Numbered from the stretch's first letter, positions 1-9,189 are shown. The stretch is DNA of 64,000 nt from an uncultured Gammaproteobacteria bacterium (GCA_964538765.1 CAZIHS010000003.1:631-64630), one strand, 5' to 3'. Notes: generated from the sequence alone by a model not told the origin. Numbers and translations: made by a program.

Positions 1-1747
1 ACAATACGATCAACTTTGGGCTTTACGCCACAGCAATGAACATGTCCTAACCCACGCCATGATCCGCCTCTACGGACCAGACAAATTTTATATGGCCATG
101 GGGCCGGCAACCGATGACGGCTTTTATTTCGACTTTGAACCCCTCAACAATTTCAAGGTTTCCGAAGACGATTTTCCAAAAATCGAGGCCGAAATGGCCA
201 AAATCATTGAAGAAAATTTACCAATATTCCGCAAAGAAATTACACTGGACGAAGCCAAAAAACTTTTTGCCGGCAACCCCTACAAAATGGAATGGCTAAA
301 TTCTATATCCAATAGGGGAGAGGTGATCAGTATTTACACGACAGGAGACCAATTTGTCGACCTTTGCGCCGGTCCCCATGTTTCCTCAACCGGTCAAATC
401 AAAGCCTTTAAGCTCCTTTCCATTGCCGGAGCCTATTGGCACGGAGACGAAAAGAATAAAATGCTTACCCGCATCTATGGCACCGCCTTTGAAACAAAAG
501 AGCAGTTGGACCAGCATCTGACCAGGCTGAATGAGTCCAGAAAACGCGATCACCGAAAACTTGGGCCACAGCTTGGCATCTTTTTTATTCATGAGACAGC
601 CCCGGGCATGCCCTATTGGCTTCCAAAAGGAACAATTATTATCAACGAATTGCTCAAGTTCTGGCGCGCGGAACACGAAAAAAGGGACTATCAAGAAACC
701 ATCTCTCCACAGCTAAACAAAAAACAACTCTATGAAACCTCAGGACACTGGGAACATTATCGCGAAAACATGTTTATCAGTGATATGGGCGAAGACGGTA
801 TTTACTGCCTAAAACCCATGAACTGCCCAAACGCCATGATTATCTTCAGCCTGGGTACACACAGCTATCGAGACTTACCCCTCCGATTGTCAGATTGCGA
901 CCCTCTCCACCGCCACGAAAAGTCAGGGCAACTAAACGGACTACTTCGCGTCCAAAAATTCAGCCAAGATGATGCCCATATTTTTGTTACCGAAAATCAG
1001 ATCAAAGACGAATACGAAAAAATTTTAGATATCGCCAAACTGTTCTACTCCATTTTCGGCATAAAATTTAAAATTCGGCTTGGCACCAGACCGGAAAAAT
1101 TTATGGGCGACATCGAAACCTGGGATAAAGCCGAAAAAGACCTCCAGTCCATCATGGACAGCGCCAAAATCGAATACTATGTCGGACCAGGAGAAGGAGC
1201 CTTCTATGGCCCGAAACTTGACATTATGATGAAAGATTGTATGGACCGCGAATGGCAAACCGGAACAATCCAGCTGGATTTTCAACTACCTCGAAACTTT
1301 AAACTAAAATATACCGACAGCGACGGTACCGAAAAGACACCCGTCGTCATCCACCGGGTTATTTACGGATCCATAGAAAGATTCATGGGAATTTTAATTG
1401 AGCACTTTGCCGGTGCGTTTCCACTTTGGCTCTCTCCGGTTCAAGCCAAAATCATTCCCATCACCGACGCCCAACACAACTACGCCCGGCAAGTGTCGGC
1501 CAAGCTGGCAGGGGAGGGGATCAGAGTCGAGGTTGACGACAGAAGCGAAAAAATGCAGGCCAAAATCCGCGACGCCCAGCTTGAAAAAATTCCCCTTATG
1601 CTCATAATTGGCCAACGCGAGGCCGAATCCAACTCGGTCGCCGTCCGCCAGCGTGACGGTCAAGACCTTGGGGCTGTTTCAGTTGACAATCTTTTGTCCC
1701 AAATTAAGGATTTAATTACCACAAAGTCCCTAAATTTGTTAAAATAA
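1..1747 (+). CDS. thrS: Threonine--tRNA ligase (5' truncated by window edge)
   Basis: Frame open from position 2 (QYDQLWALRHSNEHVLTHAM...); DLCAGPHV, RDHRKLG, LKPMNCP, GAFYGPKLD, HRVIYGSIERF motifs. Confidence 0.98.
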   Translation, partial: QYDQLWALRHSNEHVLTHAMIRLYGPDKFYMAMGPATDDGFYFDFEPLNNFKVSEDDFPKIEAEMAKIIEENLPIFRKEITLDEAKKLFAGNPYKMEWLNSISNRGEVISIYTTGDQFVDLCAGPHVSSTGQIKAFKLLSIAGAYWHGDEKNKMLTRIYGTAFETKEQLDQHLTRLNESRKRDHRKLGPQLGIFFIHETAPGMPYWLPKGTIIINELLKFWRAEHEKRDYQETISPQLNKKQLYETSGHWEHYRENMFISDMGEDGIYCLKPMNCPNAMIIFSLGTHSYRDLPLRLSDCDPLHRHEKSGQLNGLLRVQKFSQDDAHIFVTENQIKDEYEKILDIAKLFYSIFGIKFKIRLGTRPEKFMGDIETWDKAEKDLQSIMDSAKIEYYVGPGEGAFYGPKLDIMMKDCMDREWQTGTIQLDFQLPRNFKLKYTDSDGTEKTPVVIHRVIYGSIERFMGILIEHFAGAFPLWLSPVQAKIIPITDAQHNYARQVSAKLAGEGIRVEVDDRSEKMQAKIRDAQLEKIPLMLIIGQREAESNSVAVRQRDGQDLGAVSVDNLLSQIKDLITTKSLNLLK

Positions 1748-1814
1748 CCAAGCAGAATCTACCTTTTATTCAAATTAAAAGCATTCTTCTAACCAGTTAA
1801 TTTTTATTTAAATC

Positions 1815-2366
1815 TTGGCCACCTATCGAAACCAAAATCAGTCCCGAAAATTTTACAAAACCAATCAATACATCAACGCCCCCGAAGTTCGCCTGATTGA
1901 TGAAAACGCTCGCCAAATTGGTATCATGCCCCTGGCCCAGGCCCGGCAACAGTCGTTTGACACCGGCCTTGATCTGGTTGAAATTGCTCCCAACGCCAAA
2001 CCCCCGGTCGTAAAGCTCATCAGTTTTTCCAAGTTTAAATACCAGGAATCAAAAAAACAGAAAGCCGAAAAAAAAGGCATGAAAGGCGGCGAAACCAAGG
2101 AAATTCAAATGTCGCCATTCATTGGCCAGGTAGACTATGAAACCAGGGCAAAACAGGCGCAAAAGTTTTTAGCCACTGGAAATAAAGTCAAAATCAGTAT
2201 AAAATTCCAAGGTCGGCAAATTAGTCATCAGGAATTTGGTCATCAATTAATCGACCGTTTTCTAAAAGACATGGCCGATTTCGGCACCCCCGAAGGTGAA
2301 GCCAAATTAATTGGCAAAAGGCTTATTTTTGGGCTTACTCCAAGTAAAACCAAAAAATCTTCATGA
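1815..2366 (+). CDS. infC: Translation initiation factor IF-3 (non-ATG start, TTG or ATC at 1812)
   Basis: N..I.APEVRLI, LDLVEIAPNAKPPV, KVKISIKFQGR; thrS-infC-rpmI-rplT synteny. Confidence 0.97.
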   Translation: MATYRNQNQSRKFYKTNQYINAPEVRLIDENARQIGIMPLAQARQQSFDTGLDLVEIAPNAKPPVVKLISFSKFKYQESKKQKAEKKGMKGGETKEIQMSPFIGQVDYETRAKQAQKFLATGNKVKISIKFQGRQISHQEFGHQLIDRFLKDMADFGTPEGEAKLIGKRLIFGLTPSKTKKSS

Positions 2367-2575
2367 AAAAAAATACAAACCGTAAGTTAAAAATCCGAAA
2401 ATCCGTAAGTTCCCGTTTCGAGGTCACTAAAAACGGCAAAGTTCTTCGTTCCTCATCTTTTAACCGCCATTTAAAAAGAAAAAAAACCAAAAAACAACTT
2501 CGGCGGCTTAAAGGTAAAAAGTTGGTTACCGGCAGTATGGCCATAAAAGTTAGAAAAATTCTTGGCCACGGCTAA
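2363..2575 (+). CDS. rpmI: 50S ribosomal protein L35
   Basis: K..KS...RF.VTKNGK...H motif; synteny. Confidence 0.95.
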   Translation: MKKNTNRKLKIRKSVSSRFEVTKNGKVLRSSSFNRHLKRKKTKKQLRRLKGKKLVTGSMAIKVRKILGHG

Positions 2576-2587
2576 AATAATAACCCT

Positions 2588-2929
2588 ATGAGAGTCAAAA
2601 CAGGCTTTGTTCGGCGCCAAAAACACAAAAAAGTCCTCAAATTAGCCAAGGGTTTTTGGATGACACGCCACAAAAGAGTTAAGGTTGCCAAAGAAGCGGT
2701 TATGCACTCTGGCATGTATGCCTACATTGGCCGCCGGCTTCGCCGCCGCAACACCCGCACCCTGTGGATCACCCGAATTAACGCCGCCCTCAAAGAATAT
2801 AAAATCAGCTACTCTGTTTTTATCAACAAACTCGCCAAGAACCAAGTCACCTTAAACCGCAAAATCCTTTCTGAAATTGCCCTCAACGACCCAAAAACTT
2901 TCCAGTCTATAGTTTCCTCCCTCAAATAG
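2588..2929 (+). CDS. rplT: 50S ribosomal protein L20
   Basis: MRVKTG, LWITRINAA, LNRKILSEIA. Confidence 0.98.
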   Translation: MRVKTGFVRRQKHKKVLKLAKGFWMTRHKRVKVAKEAVMHSGMYAYIGRRLRRRNTRTLWITRINAALKEYKISYSVFINKLAKNQVTLNRKILSEIALNDPKTFQSIVSSLK

Positions 2930-2976
2930 TGACTCCAACTTCTTCGTTTTTAGTATTTTTCCAAAACTTTAAATAA
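2929..2976 (+). CDS. Putative Phe-rich leader peptide (MTPTSSFLVFFQNFK), pheM-like
   Basis: GTG overlaps the rplT stop (TAGTG); 4 Phe in 15 codons; immediately upstream of alternative hairpins and pheS. Confidence 0.65.
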   Translation: MTPTSSFLVFFQNFK

Positions 2977-2979
2977 AAC

Positions 2980-3017
2980 GCGGGGTGTTTGTTCGCCCCG
3001 CTGCTGCGGGGTTTTTT
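2980..3017 (+). promoter_or_regulatory. Attenuator: antiterminator/terminator pair upstream of pheS
   Basis: GCGGGGTG(2980-87) pairs with CGCCCCGC(2994-3001); alternatively CCCCGC-TGCT-GCGGGG followed by T6 (2996-3017). Confidence 0.75.
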
Positions 3018-3031
3018 GGTTAACACCATAA

Positions 3032-4075
3032 ATGTTAAAATCATCTATCTTGCAAAACTCGCCTTCTTCCAGCTTTGACTCCATCCTCTCAACCCTTCAA
3101 ACATCACTTAAAAGGATTACTACCCCCGCCGAACTTGAAAAAATCAGAATTAAATATCTTGGCCGAAACGGGTTAATAAACTCTCTATTCAATAAGGTCA
3201 AAACCAGCCCGCCGTCTGACCGCAAAAATTACGGAATTCAACTAAACCGTCTAAAAAACGAAATCTCCAATCAAATAAACCTTAAGTCAAAACAGCTCAA
3301 GCCCCCGGCAACTACCCCAACGTTAAAAGAAACATCACCACCGGCCTATCAACCACCAAAAATTGGTCACCTTCACCCCATTACCCAAACCGAAAGGCTA
3401 TTAAACCACCTTTTTCAGGGCCTCGGCTTCTCTATTTATGACGGCCCCGAAATTGAAACCGACGAATATTGTTTTCAACGTCTGAATGTGCCCCAAAACC
3501 ATCCCTCGCGCGACCTTCAAGACTCTATCTATATTCAGGAACCAACCTATCTTCTCCGAACTCAAACGTCTTCAATTGAAGCCCGTCTTTTGGCCCGCGA
3601 AAAACCACCTTTTAAAGCCGCTTTCCCGGGAAGAACCTACCGAAACGAAAAGGTCACCAAAAGCAATCATTTTATCTTTCATCAATACCAGGGTGTCGTA
3701 GTTGACAAAAACATCACTCTAAAAGATCTGATTGGCACCATCGATCTCCTTTTCAAAAAACTTTATGGTCAAAATGTTGTCGTCCGCTACCGCTGTAAAT
3801 ATTATCCGGAAGTTGAACCGGGAATGGGTCTTGATCTTAAATGCTTCAACTGTCAGGGGGATGGTTGCTCTGTTTGTAAGGGCGCCGGCTGGATGGAAAT
3901 GGGCGGCTCGGGTATTATTCACCCAAAAGTGCTTTCAATGGCCGGCATCGATCCTACCGTTTGGCGCGGCTTTGCCTTTGGTCTTGGCCTTGACCGCTGG
4001 GCCATGGCCAAATTCAACATTAAAGACATTAGAACTTTGCTCGGCGGCAATCTTGCCTATAAACCGTCAGTTTAA
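3032..4075 (+). CDS. pheS: Phenylalanine--tRNA ligase alpha subunit (divergent pocket; start may be TTG 3050)
   Basis: GHLHPI, GPEIE, LRTQTS, GRTYRNE, CxxC..CxxC, GFAFGLGLDR. Confidence 0.95.
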   Translation: MLKSSILQNSPSSSFDSILSTLQTSLKRITTPAELEKIRIKYLGRNGLINSLFNKVKTSPPSDRKNYGIQLNRLKNEISNQINLKSKQLKPPATTPTLKETSPPAYQPPKIGHLHPITQTERLLNHLFQGLGFSIYDGPEIETDEYCFQRLNVPQNHPSRDLQDSIYIQEPTYLLRTQTSSIEARLLAREKPPFKAAFPGRTYRNEKVTKSNHFIFHQYQGVVVDKNITLKDLIGTIDLLFKKLYGQNVVVRYRCKYYPEVEPGMGLDLKCFNCQGDGCSVCKGAGWMEMGGSGIIHPKVLSMAGIDPTVWRGFAFGLGLDRWAMAKFNIKDIRTLLGGNLAYKPSV

Positions 4076-4081
4076 TTCAAA

Positions 4082-5896
4082 ATGAAAATTCTCTACTCTT
4101 TCCTCAAAAACAACTTTCTGAAAAATCTGGCGGTTGACCCCAAAACTCTTCGCGACGACCTAACCAAAATAGGCCATTTCGTTTCTTCGCTGGAAACCCA
4201 AAACTCTGATGCAATTTTTGACCTTGAAATTAGACAAAACCGGGCTGATTGTCTTGGCTACTTTGGCCTTGCCACCGATTTGGCCACTCTCTACAATCAA
4301 CCGATTTACACCCCTCCAGTTCCCTCCATTCCGCCCATTCAAACCACCCCGGCGCTTCCCATTCAAGTTACTTCCAAAAATCAGGTCAAACGGATAATGG
4401 CCATCAAATTAACCGGAATTAAAAATAAAACATCTCCCGCCTGGTTAACCGGTTTTCTAAAAATCCACGACATTAACCCGGTCAACCTTATTGTTGACCT
4501 CACCAACTACTCCATGCTTTATTGGGGCATCCCAAACCACGCCTTTGACCAGGAAAAATCAACCGACTTTTTAATTTGGGAGTTGAATCACCAGCACTCC
4601 TCCTTCGTTACTCTTTTTGGCACCAGTCTAAAACTCCGGCCAAACATTTTAATGGTCAACAACAAAAACAAAGCGTTAAGCCTTTCTTTTTTGGGCGGTC
4701 AGGAATCTGCTGTCACTCTTTCCACCACCCAAATAATCCTTGAAATGGCTGTTTACGATCACCTTCAGGTTCGTCTGGATTCCCAATTTCTAAAAGTCCA
4801 AACCGAGGCCGGTATCCGGCTAAACAAATATCTGGATCCAAACCTTATTCCTTCCGCCTTTTACCATTTGGTTTCCCTGATAACCAAATATTCAGGCGCT
4901 AAAATCGACAGTCAGCTTTTTGACTATTACCCCCAAAAAATTTCTGCCCCCTCAATATCTTTTGACCCCTCCAAACCTGAAAAATTCGCCGGAATTCCAA
5001 TTACTCCGGCCACTTCACACGCTATTTTAAAACGTCTCGGCTGCCAGATAAATAACAACCTGGTTGTTCCGCCCACCCACCGCCCCGACATCACTTTCGA
5101 GGAAGACCTGATTGAAGAGGTTATCCGTTTTGTCGGCTACGACACGATTCCCAAAAACGAACCAATTTCCAATTTGCCCCTGCCATCAATTACCCCGCCG
5201 ATCCTCCACCACATCGAAAAACTCCGCGACCAGCTTGTCACCCTCGGCTACGATGAAGTTCGGTCTTGGCCCCTGACTTCGGCCCCGGTCGACCAGGCCA
5301 CCGTCATCTCCACCCAAAACAACATCAACTCCCACTTTCCCTATCTTCGCCAAACCATCACTCAATCACTCCGCCGACAACTGGCCCAATACCTCTCCCT
5401 CAAACTGCCCCAACCTCAATTTTTTGAAATTGGCAAAACTTACCGGCGCCAGAATCATCTCTACCAGGAAAATTACTCTCTGGGTATCTACCATCACTTT
5501 GCCAGCCAGCTGTTACTCGACCTAAAATCATTAAATTTAACGGCCAAAGTTGAAGGCAACTTCGCCGAAATAATAATTGACAACCTCGACCGCCCAACAA
5601 ACTATCAGCCGCAAAGCAACCTTTCTGTCCCCCGCGAACTGACCTCTCAAATTATCACCCTGGATGCCAATGTCACCTTTGATTCACCCCAAGATCCAGA
5701 GAAATTGATCAAATCATACCAAGACAAAATTGACCAAAACATGCTCTGGCATCTTGCCATCATCGATATCTTCAAAAACAAATACACCTTCAGGGCATCC
5801 TACTTCAACTGCTCCGACAAAAAAGCTAAAAAAGTCCACCTCCACGTTTTTGGCCTGGAAAACATCCCCTTGACACCCAACAAAACTTCGCCATAA
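4082..5896 (+). CDS. pheT: Phenylalanine--tRNA ligase beta subunit, shortened
   Basis: NRADCLG, INPVNLIVDLTNY, PTHRPDI..EEDLIEEV; follows pheS. Confidence 0.9.
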   Translation: MKILYSFLKNNFLKNLAVDPKTLRDDLTKIGHFVSSLETQNSDAIFDLEIRQNRADCLGYFGLATDLATLYNQPIYTPPVPSIPPIQTTPALPIQVTSKNQVKRIMAIKLTGIKNKTSPAWLTGFLKIHDINPVNLIVDLTNYSMLYWGIPNHAFDQEKSTDFLIWELNHQHSSFVTLFGTSLKLRPNILMVNNKNKALSLSFLGGQESAVTLSTTQIILEMAVYDHLQVRLDSQFLKVQTEAGIRLNKYLDPNLIPSAFYHLVSLITKYSGAKIDSQLFDYYPQKISAPSISFDPSKPEKFAGIPITPATSHAILKRLGCQINNNLVVPPTHRPDITFEEDLIEEVIRFVGYDTIPKNEPISNLPLPSITPPILHHIEKLRDQLVTLGYDEVRSWPLTSAPVDQATVISTQNNINSHFPYLRQTITQSLRRQLAQYLSLKLPQPQFFEIGKTYRRQNHLYQENYSLGIYHHFASQLLLDLKSLNLTAKVEGNFAEIIIDNLDRPTNYQPQSNLSVPRELTSQIITLDANVTFDSPQDPEKLIKSYQDKIDQNMLWHLAIIDIFKNKYTFRASYFNCSDKKAKKVHLHVFGLENIPLTPNKTSP

Positions 5897-5897
5897 T
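5870..5897 (+). promoter_or_regulatory. Sigma70-type promoter
   Basis: TTGACA-16 nt-CATAAT, with an ATG 6 nt downstream. Confidence 0.6.
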
Positions 5898-5903
5898 CAG
5901 CTT

Positions 5904-5987
5904 ATGGCTATTAGCAATGTTATCAATCCAATTTCCACTCTTCGCGACCTTCACTGCCGCCAGGGCGGGAGGGATTCGGTAAGCTAA
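5904..5987 (+). CDS. Putative leaderless leader peptide MAISNVINPISTLRDLHCRQGGRDSVS
   Basis: ATG 6 nt after the -10; its 3' end can pair with the 5' arm of the downstream terminator. Confidence 0.5.
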   Translation: MAISNVINPISTLRDLHCRQGGRDSVS

Positions 5988-6012
5988 TTTTCATAAAATG
6001 TTAAAATTTACC

Positions 6013-6040
6013 AAATCTCCCAAAAAAGGGAGATTTTTTT
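6013..6040 (+). terminator. Intrinsic terminator (possible attenuator)
   Basis: AAATCTCCC-AAAAAA-GGGAGATTT-TTTT. Confidence 0.75.
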
Positions 6041-6059
6041 ATGAAGGAGGTGAACAAAT

Positions 6060-6410
6060 ATGACATGCGAAATTTCACCATACAAATGCAAAGCTGGAGA
6101 TGCACGTATATTATTTCAATTGCATCAACGAGGTGTAGATGTTACAACAATTGGACCAAATGTTGATTTAGAAGCATTGACTAAATTACATAGTCTTGGC
6201 GTGAATATCAAATCCTTAAGGCCCGATACAAACTTAGATTATTTACTCAAAGCAGTAAGAGTACAAAAAGAAAAAGGGCCAAAACCAAAGCGAGTAGTAG
6301 TAGTAAGACCTAGGCGACAAAAAGCTTTAGCAATAGAATCTTGCGACCAAAAAACAGAATACACTACTCCACCAAGAGGGGATTGCATGTTTAAGTCCGA
6401 AAGGTCATAA
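6060..6410 (+). CDS. Hypothetical protein (orphan, atypical composition)
   Basis: 116-aa ORF with strong SD AAGGAGGTG at 6044-6052. Confidence 0.7.
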   Translation: MTCEISPYKCKAGDARILFQLHQRGVDVTTIGPNVDLEALTKLHSLGVNIKSLRPDTNLDYLLKAVRVQKEKGPKPKRVVVVRPRRQKALAIESCDQKTEYTTPPRGDCMFKSERS

Positions 6411-9065
6411 AACTCCCCCCGATGGTACTAACGTCACTGTCGGGGGAGTGGGGCTTTGCAATATCACCACTGTTGGAGTCGGAGTATTGGTTAAAGTTGG
6501 AATCAGCACCGTTGGAGTTGCCGTTGGCAGGGGAGTAACGGTTGGCGTTGGCGACGGGCTCCAATCCCAGGCCACATTCACCCCAACCGAAATTTCCTTT
6601 TCCCCGGCATTATTCTGACCATCAACCGCCTTTATCTTCAATTTATGCGGCCCGTTTTCCAAATTAACATCAGCTTCAAATGGCCGCTCGGCCCACACCT
6701 TCCTTTCCACCCCATCCACCCACAACCACACCTTTTCAATTTTCCTCGCTGCGTTCGTTCTAATTTTCACCGTCAGCTGATTCCCAACCGTCGACCGGTC
6801 AGACGGTGTTTCAAAATCCACCCCAACCATACCGTCATTTCGACAATACCCCTCGGGCGGAGAATACTTGTCCTTATCGGCCTGCTGGCCTATCCATTCA
6901 TCAATTCCTTCCTGCCAGCGGTTTTTCCCGTCCTTAGACACCACATCATCTTCCTTAAGTTTTAAATATTCTTTTTCGTCGAAATTGCCGTTGGCCACAT
7001 CCTCGGGAGTGGCCAAACCCGCTCTGCCACGGCAAATTTTCAGTTTTAAATGTATCGGATCACTAATTCTTGGCTGGGTGCCGTCAATAAAATATTCACT
7101 CCTACTGGCAAAACCGTCGTGAGCACTGTAGCCGGAAATTTTATCAACCTCAACATTTACAATTTTTTCCGGAATCGGGAAGTCCTGTTTCGGCCGACGG
7201 GGCAATTCAAACAACATCACTCTTCGCCAAATCGGCGTTGCCCCCGACACCCCCGAGGCCACTTTCAACATCGGGCTGTTGTCATTGTTCCCCACCCAGG
7301 CCAATACCAGTAAATTTGGCGTCCACCCGATTGCCCAATTATCCCTCTTGTCATTGGTCGTTCCGGTTTTTACAGCCACCTGATAGTTTGGCACCACCAA
7401 CCCGTTTACCGCTCCAAAAGTAATCTCCCTGGCCGAATTGTCTTGAAGAATGTGGGAAATTAAAAACGCCTCCTGCGCGCTCATTACTTTTGTACCCTCC
7501 ACCTTTCGATACTCCTCCATCACCCGGCCGTTTCTATCCTCCACCTTCAGCACTCCCTGGGCTTCAAGTTTTTCACCACCGTTAGCAAAAGCACTGTAGG
7601 CCGAGGCCAAATCAATCATCTTCACCTCGGCTCCGCCCAAAGTCACCGCCAAACCAAATCTGGCCAAATTCTCCTTGGTGGGTTTCAGTGTCGCCAAACC
7701 CATTTCATCGGCCAGGGTCAACATATTTTCCAGGCCCACCCGGGCCAACGTTTTAACCGCCGTGGTATTAATAGAATTTCCAAGCGCCATTCTCAAAGCC
7801 ATTGGACCATTATATTTTCCGCTATAATTTTGAGGTTTATAATCTTTTTGCCCGGCAACACCAGGGAAAACAACCGGTGTGTCCATAATCATACTGGCCG
7901 CCGTATATCCCTGTTTTATCGCGCTCAAATAAGTAATCGGTTTAATTGCCGATCCCGGTTGCCGCAAGGCCTGGGTAACCACATTAAATTTACCGTCAGT
8001 TTTGTCAGAGTAATACCCCCGCGACCCCACCATCGCCAGCACCTGACCGCTGACCGGATCCAGCACCACCACCGCGCCGTTTGAAATTCCCAGCTTTTCC
8101 GCTTTGTCAATTTCTTCGGCCAAAATCGCCTCTGTTTTGTTCTGAAGTTCCAGGTCTAAAGTAGTCGTAATTTTCAAGCCCCCGCCTTCAACTACCTCCT
8201 CTCCGTATCTTTGTGACAAAATATCCTTAACCCAAAAAACAAAATGGGGTGCTTCAATTTTGGTTTTATTCTCAAAGAATTTATAATTTTTCACTCCTTC
8301 CACCGCCAGATCTTTTTGCTCCCGGCTGATATAGCCGTCTTCAAACATCCTTTCAAGCACATGGTTTGCTCGGGCCACATACGCATCGGGAGTTTTTGAA
8401 AAAGGAGAATAAACATTTGGCCTTTGAGGCATCCCGGCCAGAATCACCGATTCAACCAAATCCAAATCTTTCAGGCTCTTTCCAAAATATTGCTCCGAGG
8501 CCATTCCCACCCCCCAAATCACTCCCCCATACGGCGCCTCATTCAAATACATCAACAAAATGTCGTCCTTTTTGTACCTGGCGTCGATTTGAACTGCCAG
8601 CATAAATTCCCTTATTTTTCTGCTCACGCTTCGTTCGGGAGTTAGTAAAACATTTTTCACCAGCTGCTGGGTCAAAGTCGAACCACCCACCAGTCTGCGG
8701 TTAAATATCAAATTTTTTATTATCCGGAAAGGGGTTAACGGATCAAATCCCTTATGCTTATAAAAATCCTTATCTTCCACCGCCACCGTTGCCTGCCTTA
8801 AATATGCCGGAACTTCATCCCAAACCACCGGCAATCTCTTGGCGTCCTTATAAACATCATACAAAAGCTGTCCGTTGCGGTCATATATCCTGCTCGAAAA
8901 ACCATCCCTCCTGACCACCTTGTTTGGAGACGGTAAACCCCGGGAATACCACAAAAGTGCCAGCAAACACCCCACCACCAAAACTCCGGTTGTCAAAAGC
9001 AAACCCATCACCACCCAATAATACTTCCTTTTTTGGTCGAGTCTTATTGAAAACCTCTTTCTCAT
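6405..9065 (-). CDS. Class A penicillin-binding protein (PBP1A family) with C-terminal Ig-like domain and Pro/Thr tail
   Basis: EDKDFYKH, GSTLTQQLVKN transglycosylase motifs; GSAIK, SIN, KTG transpeptidase motifs. Confidence 0.95.
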   Translation of the reverse strand: MRKRFSIRLDQKRKYYWVVMGLLLTTGVLVVGCLLALLWYSRGLPSPNKVVRRDGFSSRIYDRNGQLLYDVYKDAKRLPVVWDEVPAYLRQATVAVEDKDFYKHKGFDPLTPFRIIKNLIFNRRLVGGSTLTQQLVKNVLLTPERSVSRKIREFMLAVQIDARYKKDDILLMYLNEAPYGGVIWGVGMASEQYFGKSLKDLDLVESVILAGMPQRPNVYSPFSKTPDAYVARANHVLERMFEDGYISREQKDLAVEGVKNYKFFENKTKIEAPHFVFWVKDILSQRYGEEVVEGGGLKITTTLDLELQNKTEAILAEEIDKAEKLGISNGAVVVLDPVSGQVLAMVGSRGYYSDKTDGKFNVVTQALRQPGSAIKPITYLSAIKQGYTAASMIMDTPVVFPGVAGQKDYKPQNYSGKYNGPMALRMALGNSINTTAVKTLARVGLENMLTLADEMGLATLKPTKENLARFGLAVTLGGAEVKMIDLASAYSAFANGGEKLEAQGVLKVEDRNGRVMEEYRKVEGTKVMSAQEAFLISHILQDNSAREITFGAVNGLVVPNYQVAVKTGTTNDKRDNWAIGWTPNLLVLAWVGNNDNSPMLKVASGVSGATPIWRRVMLFELPRRPKQDFPIPEKIVNVEVDKISGYSAHDGFASRSEYFIDGTQPRISDPIHLKLKICRGRAGLATPEDVANGNFDEKEYLKLKEDDVVSKDGKNRWQEGIDEWIGQQADKDKYSPPEGYCRNDGMVGVDFETPSDRSTVGNQLTVKIRTNAARKIEKVWLWVDGVERKVWAERPFEADVNLENGPHKLKIKAVDGQNNAGEKEISVGVNVAWDWSPSPTPTVTPLPTATPTVLIPTLTNTPTPTVVILQSPTPPTVTLVPSGGVL

Positions 9066-9069
9066 TTCA

Positions 9070-9189
9070 CTATTTTATCAATACCCCCAAAGTCGGCACC
9101 AAACCCGATAACAACAACACCAACATCGACCCCACCAGAATAATTTTTTTTACAGTCTTCTTTTTAGGTCTAAATCTTTTGAAATCCAT
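9070..9189 (-). CDS. Small single-TM peptide MDFKRFRPKKKTVKKIILVGSMLVLLLSGLVPTLGVLIK
   Basis: 39-aa ORF filling the gap, stop 4 nt before the PBP start; basic N-terminus plus hydrophobic helix. Confidence 0.6.
   Translation of the reverse strand: MDFKRFRPKKKTVKKIILVGSMLVLLLSGLVPTLGVLIK

Noticed and set aside
2930-3031. T-box riboswitch before pheS
   Set aside because: Too short for stem I, and no TGGNACC T-box motif.
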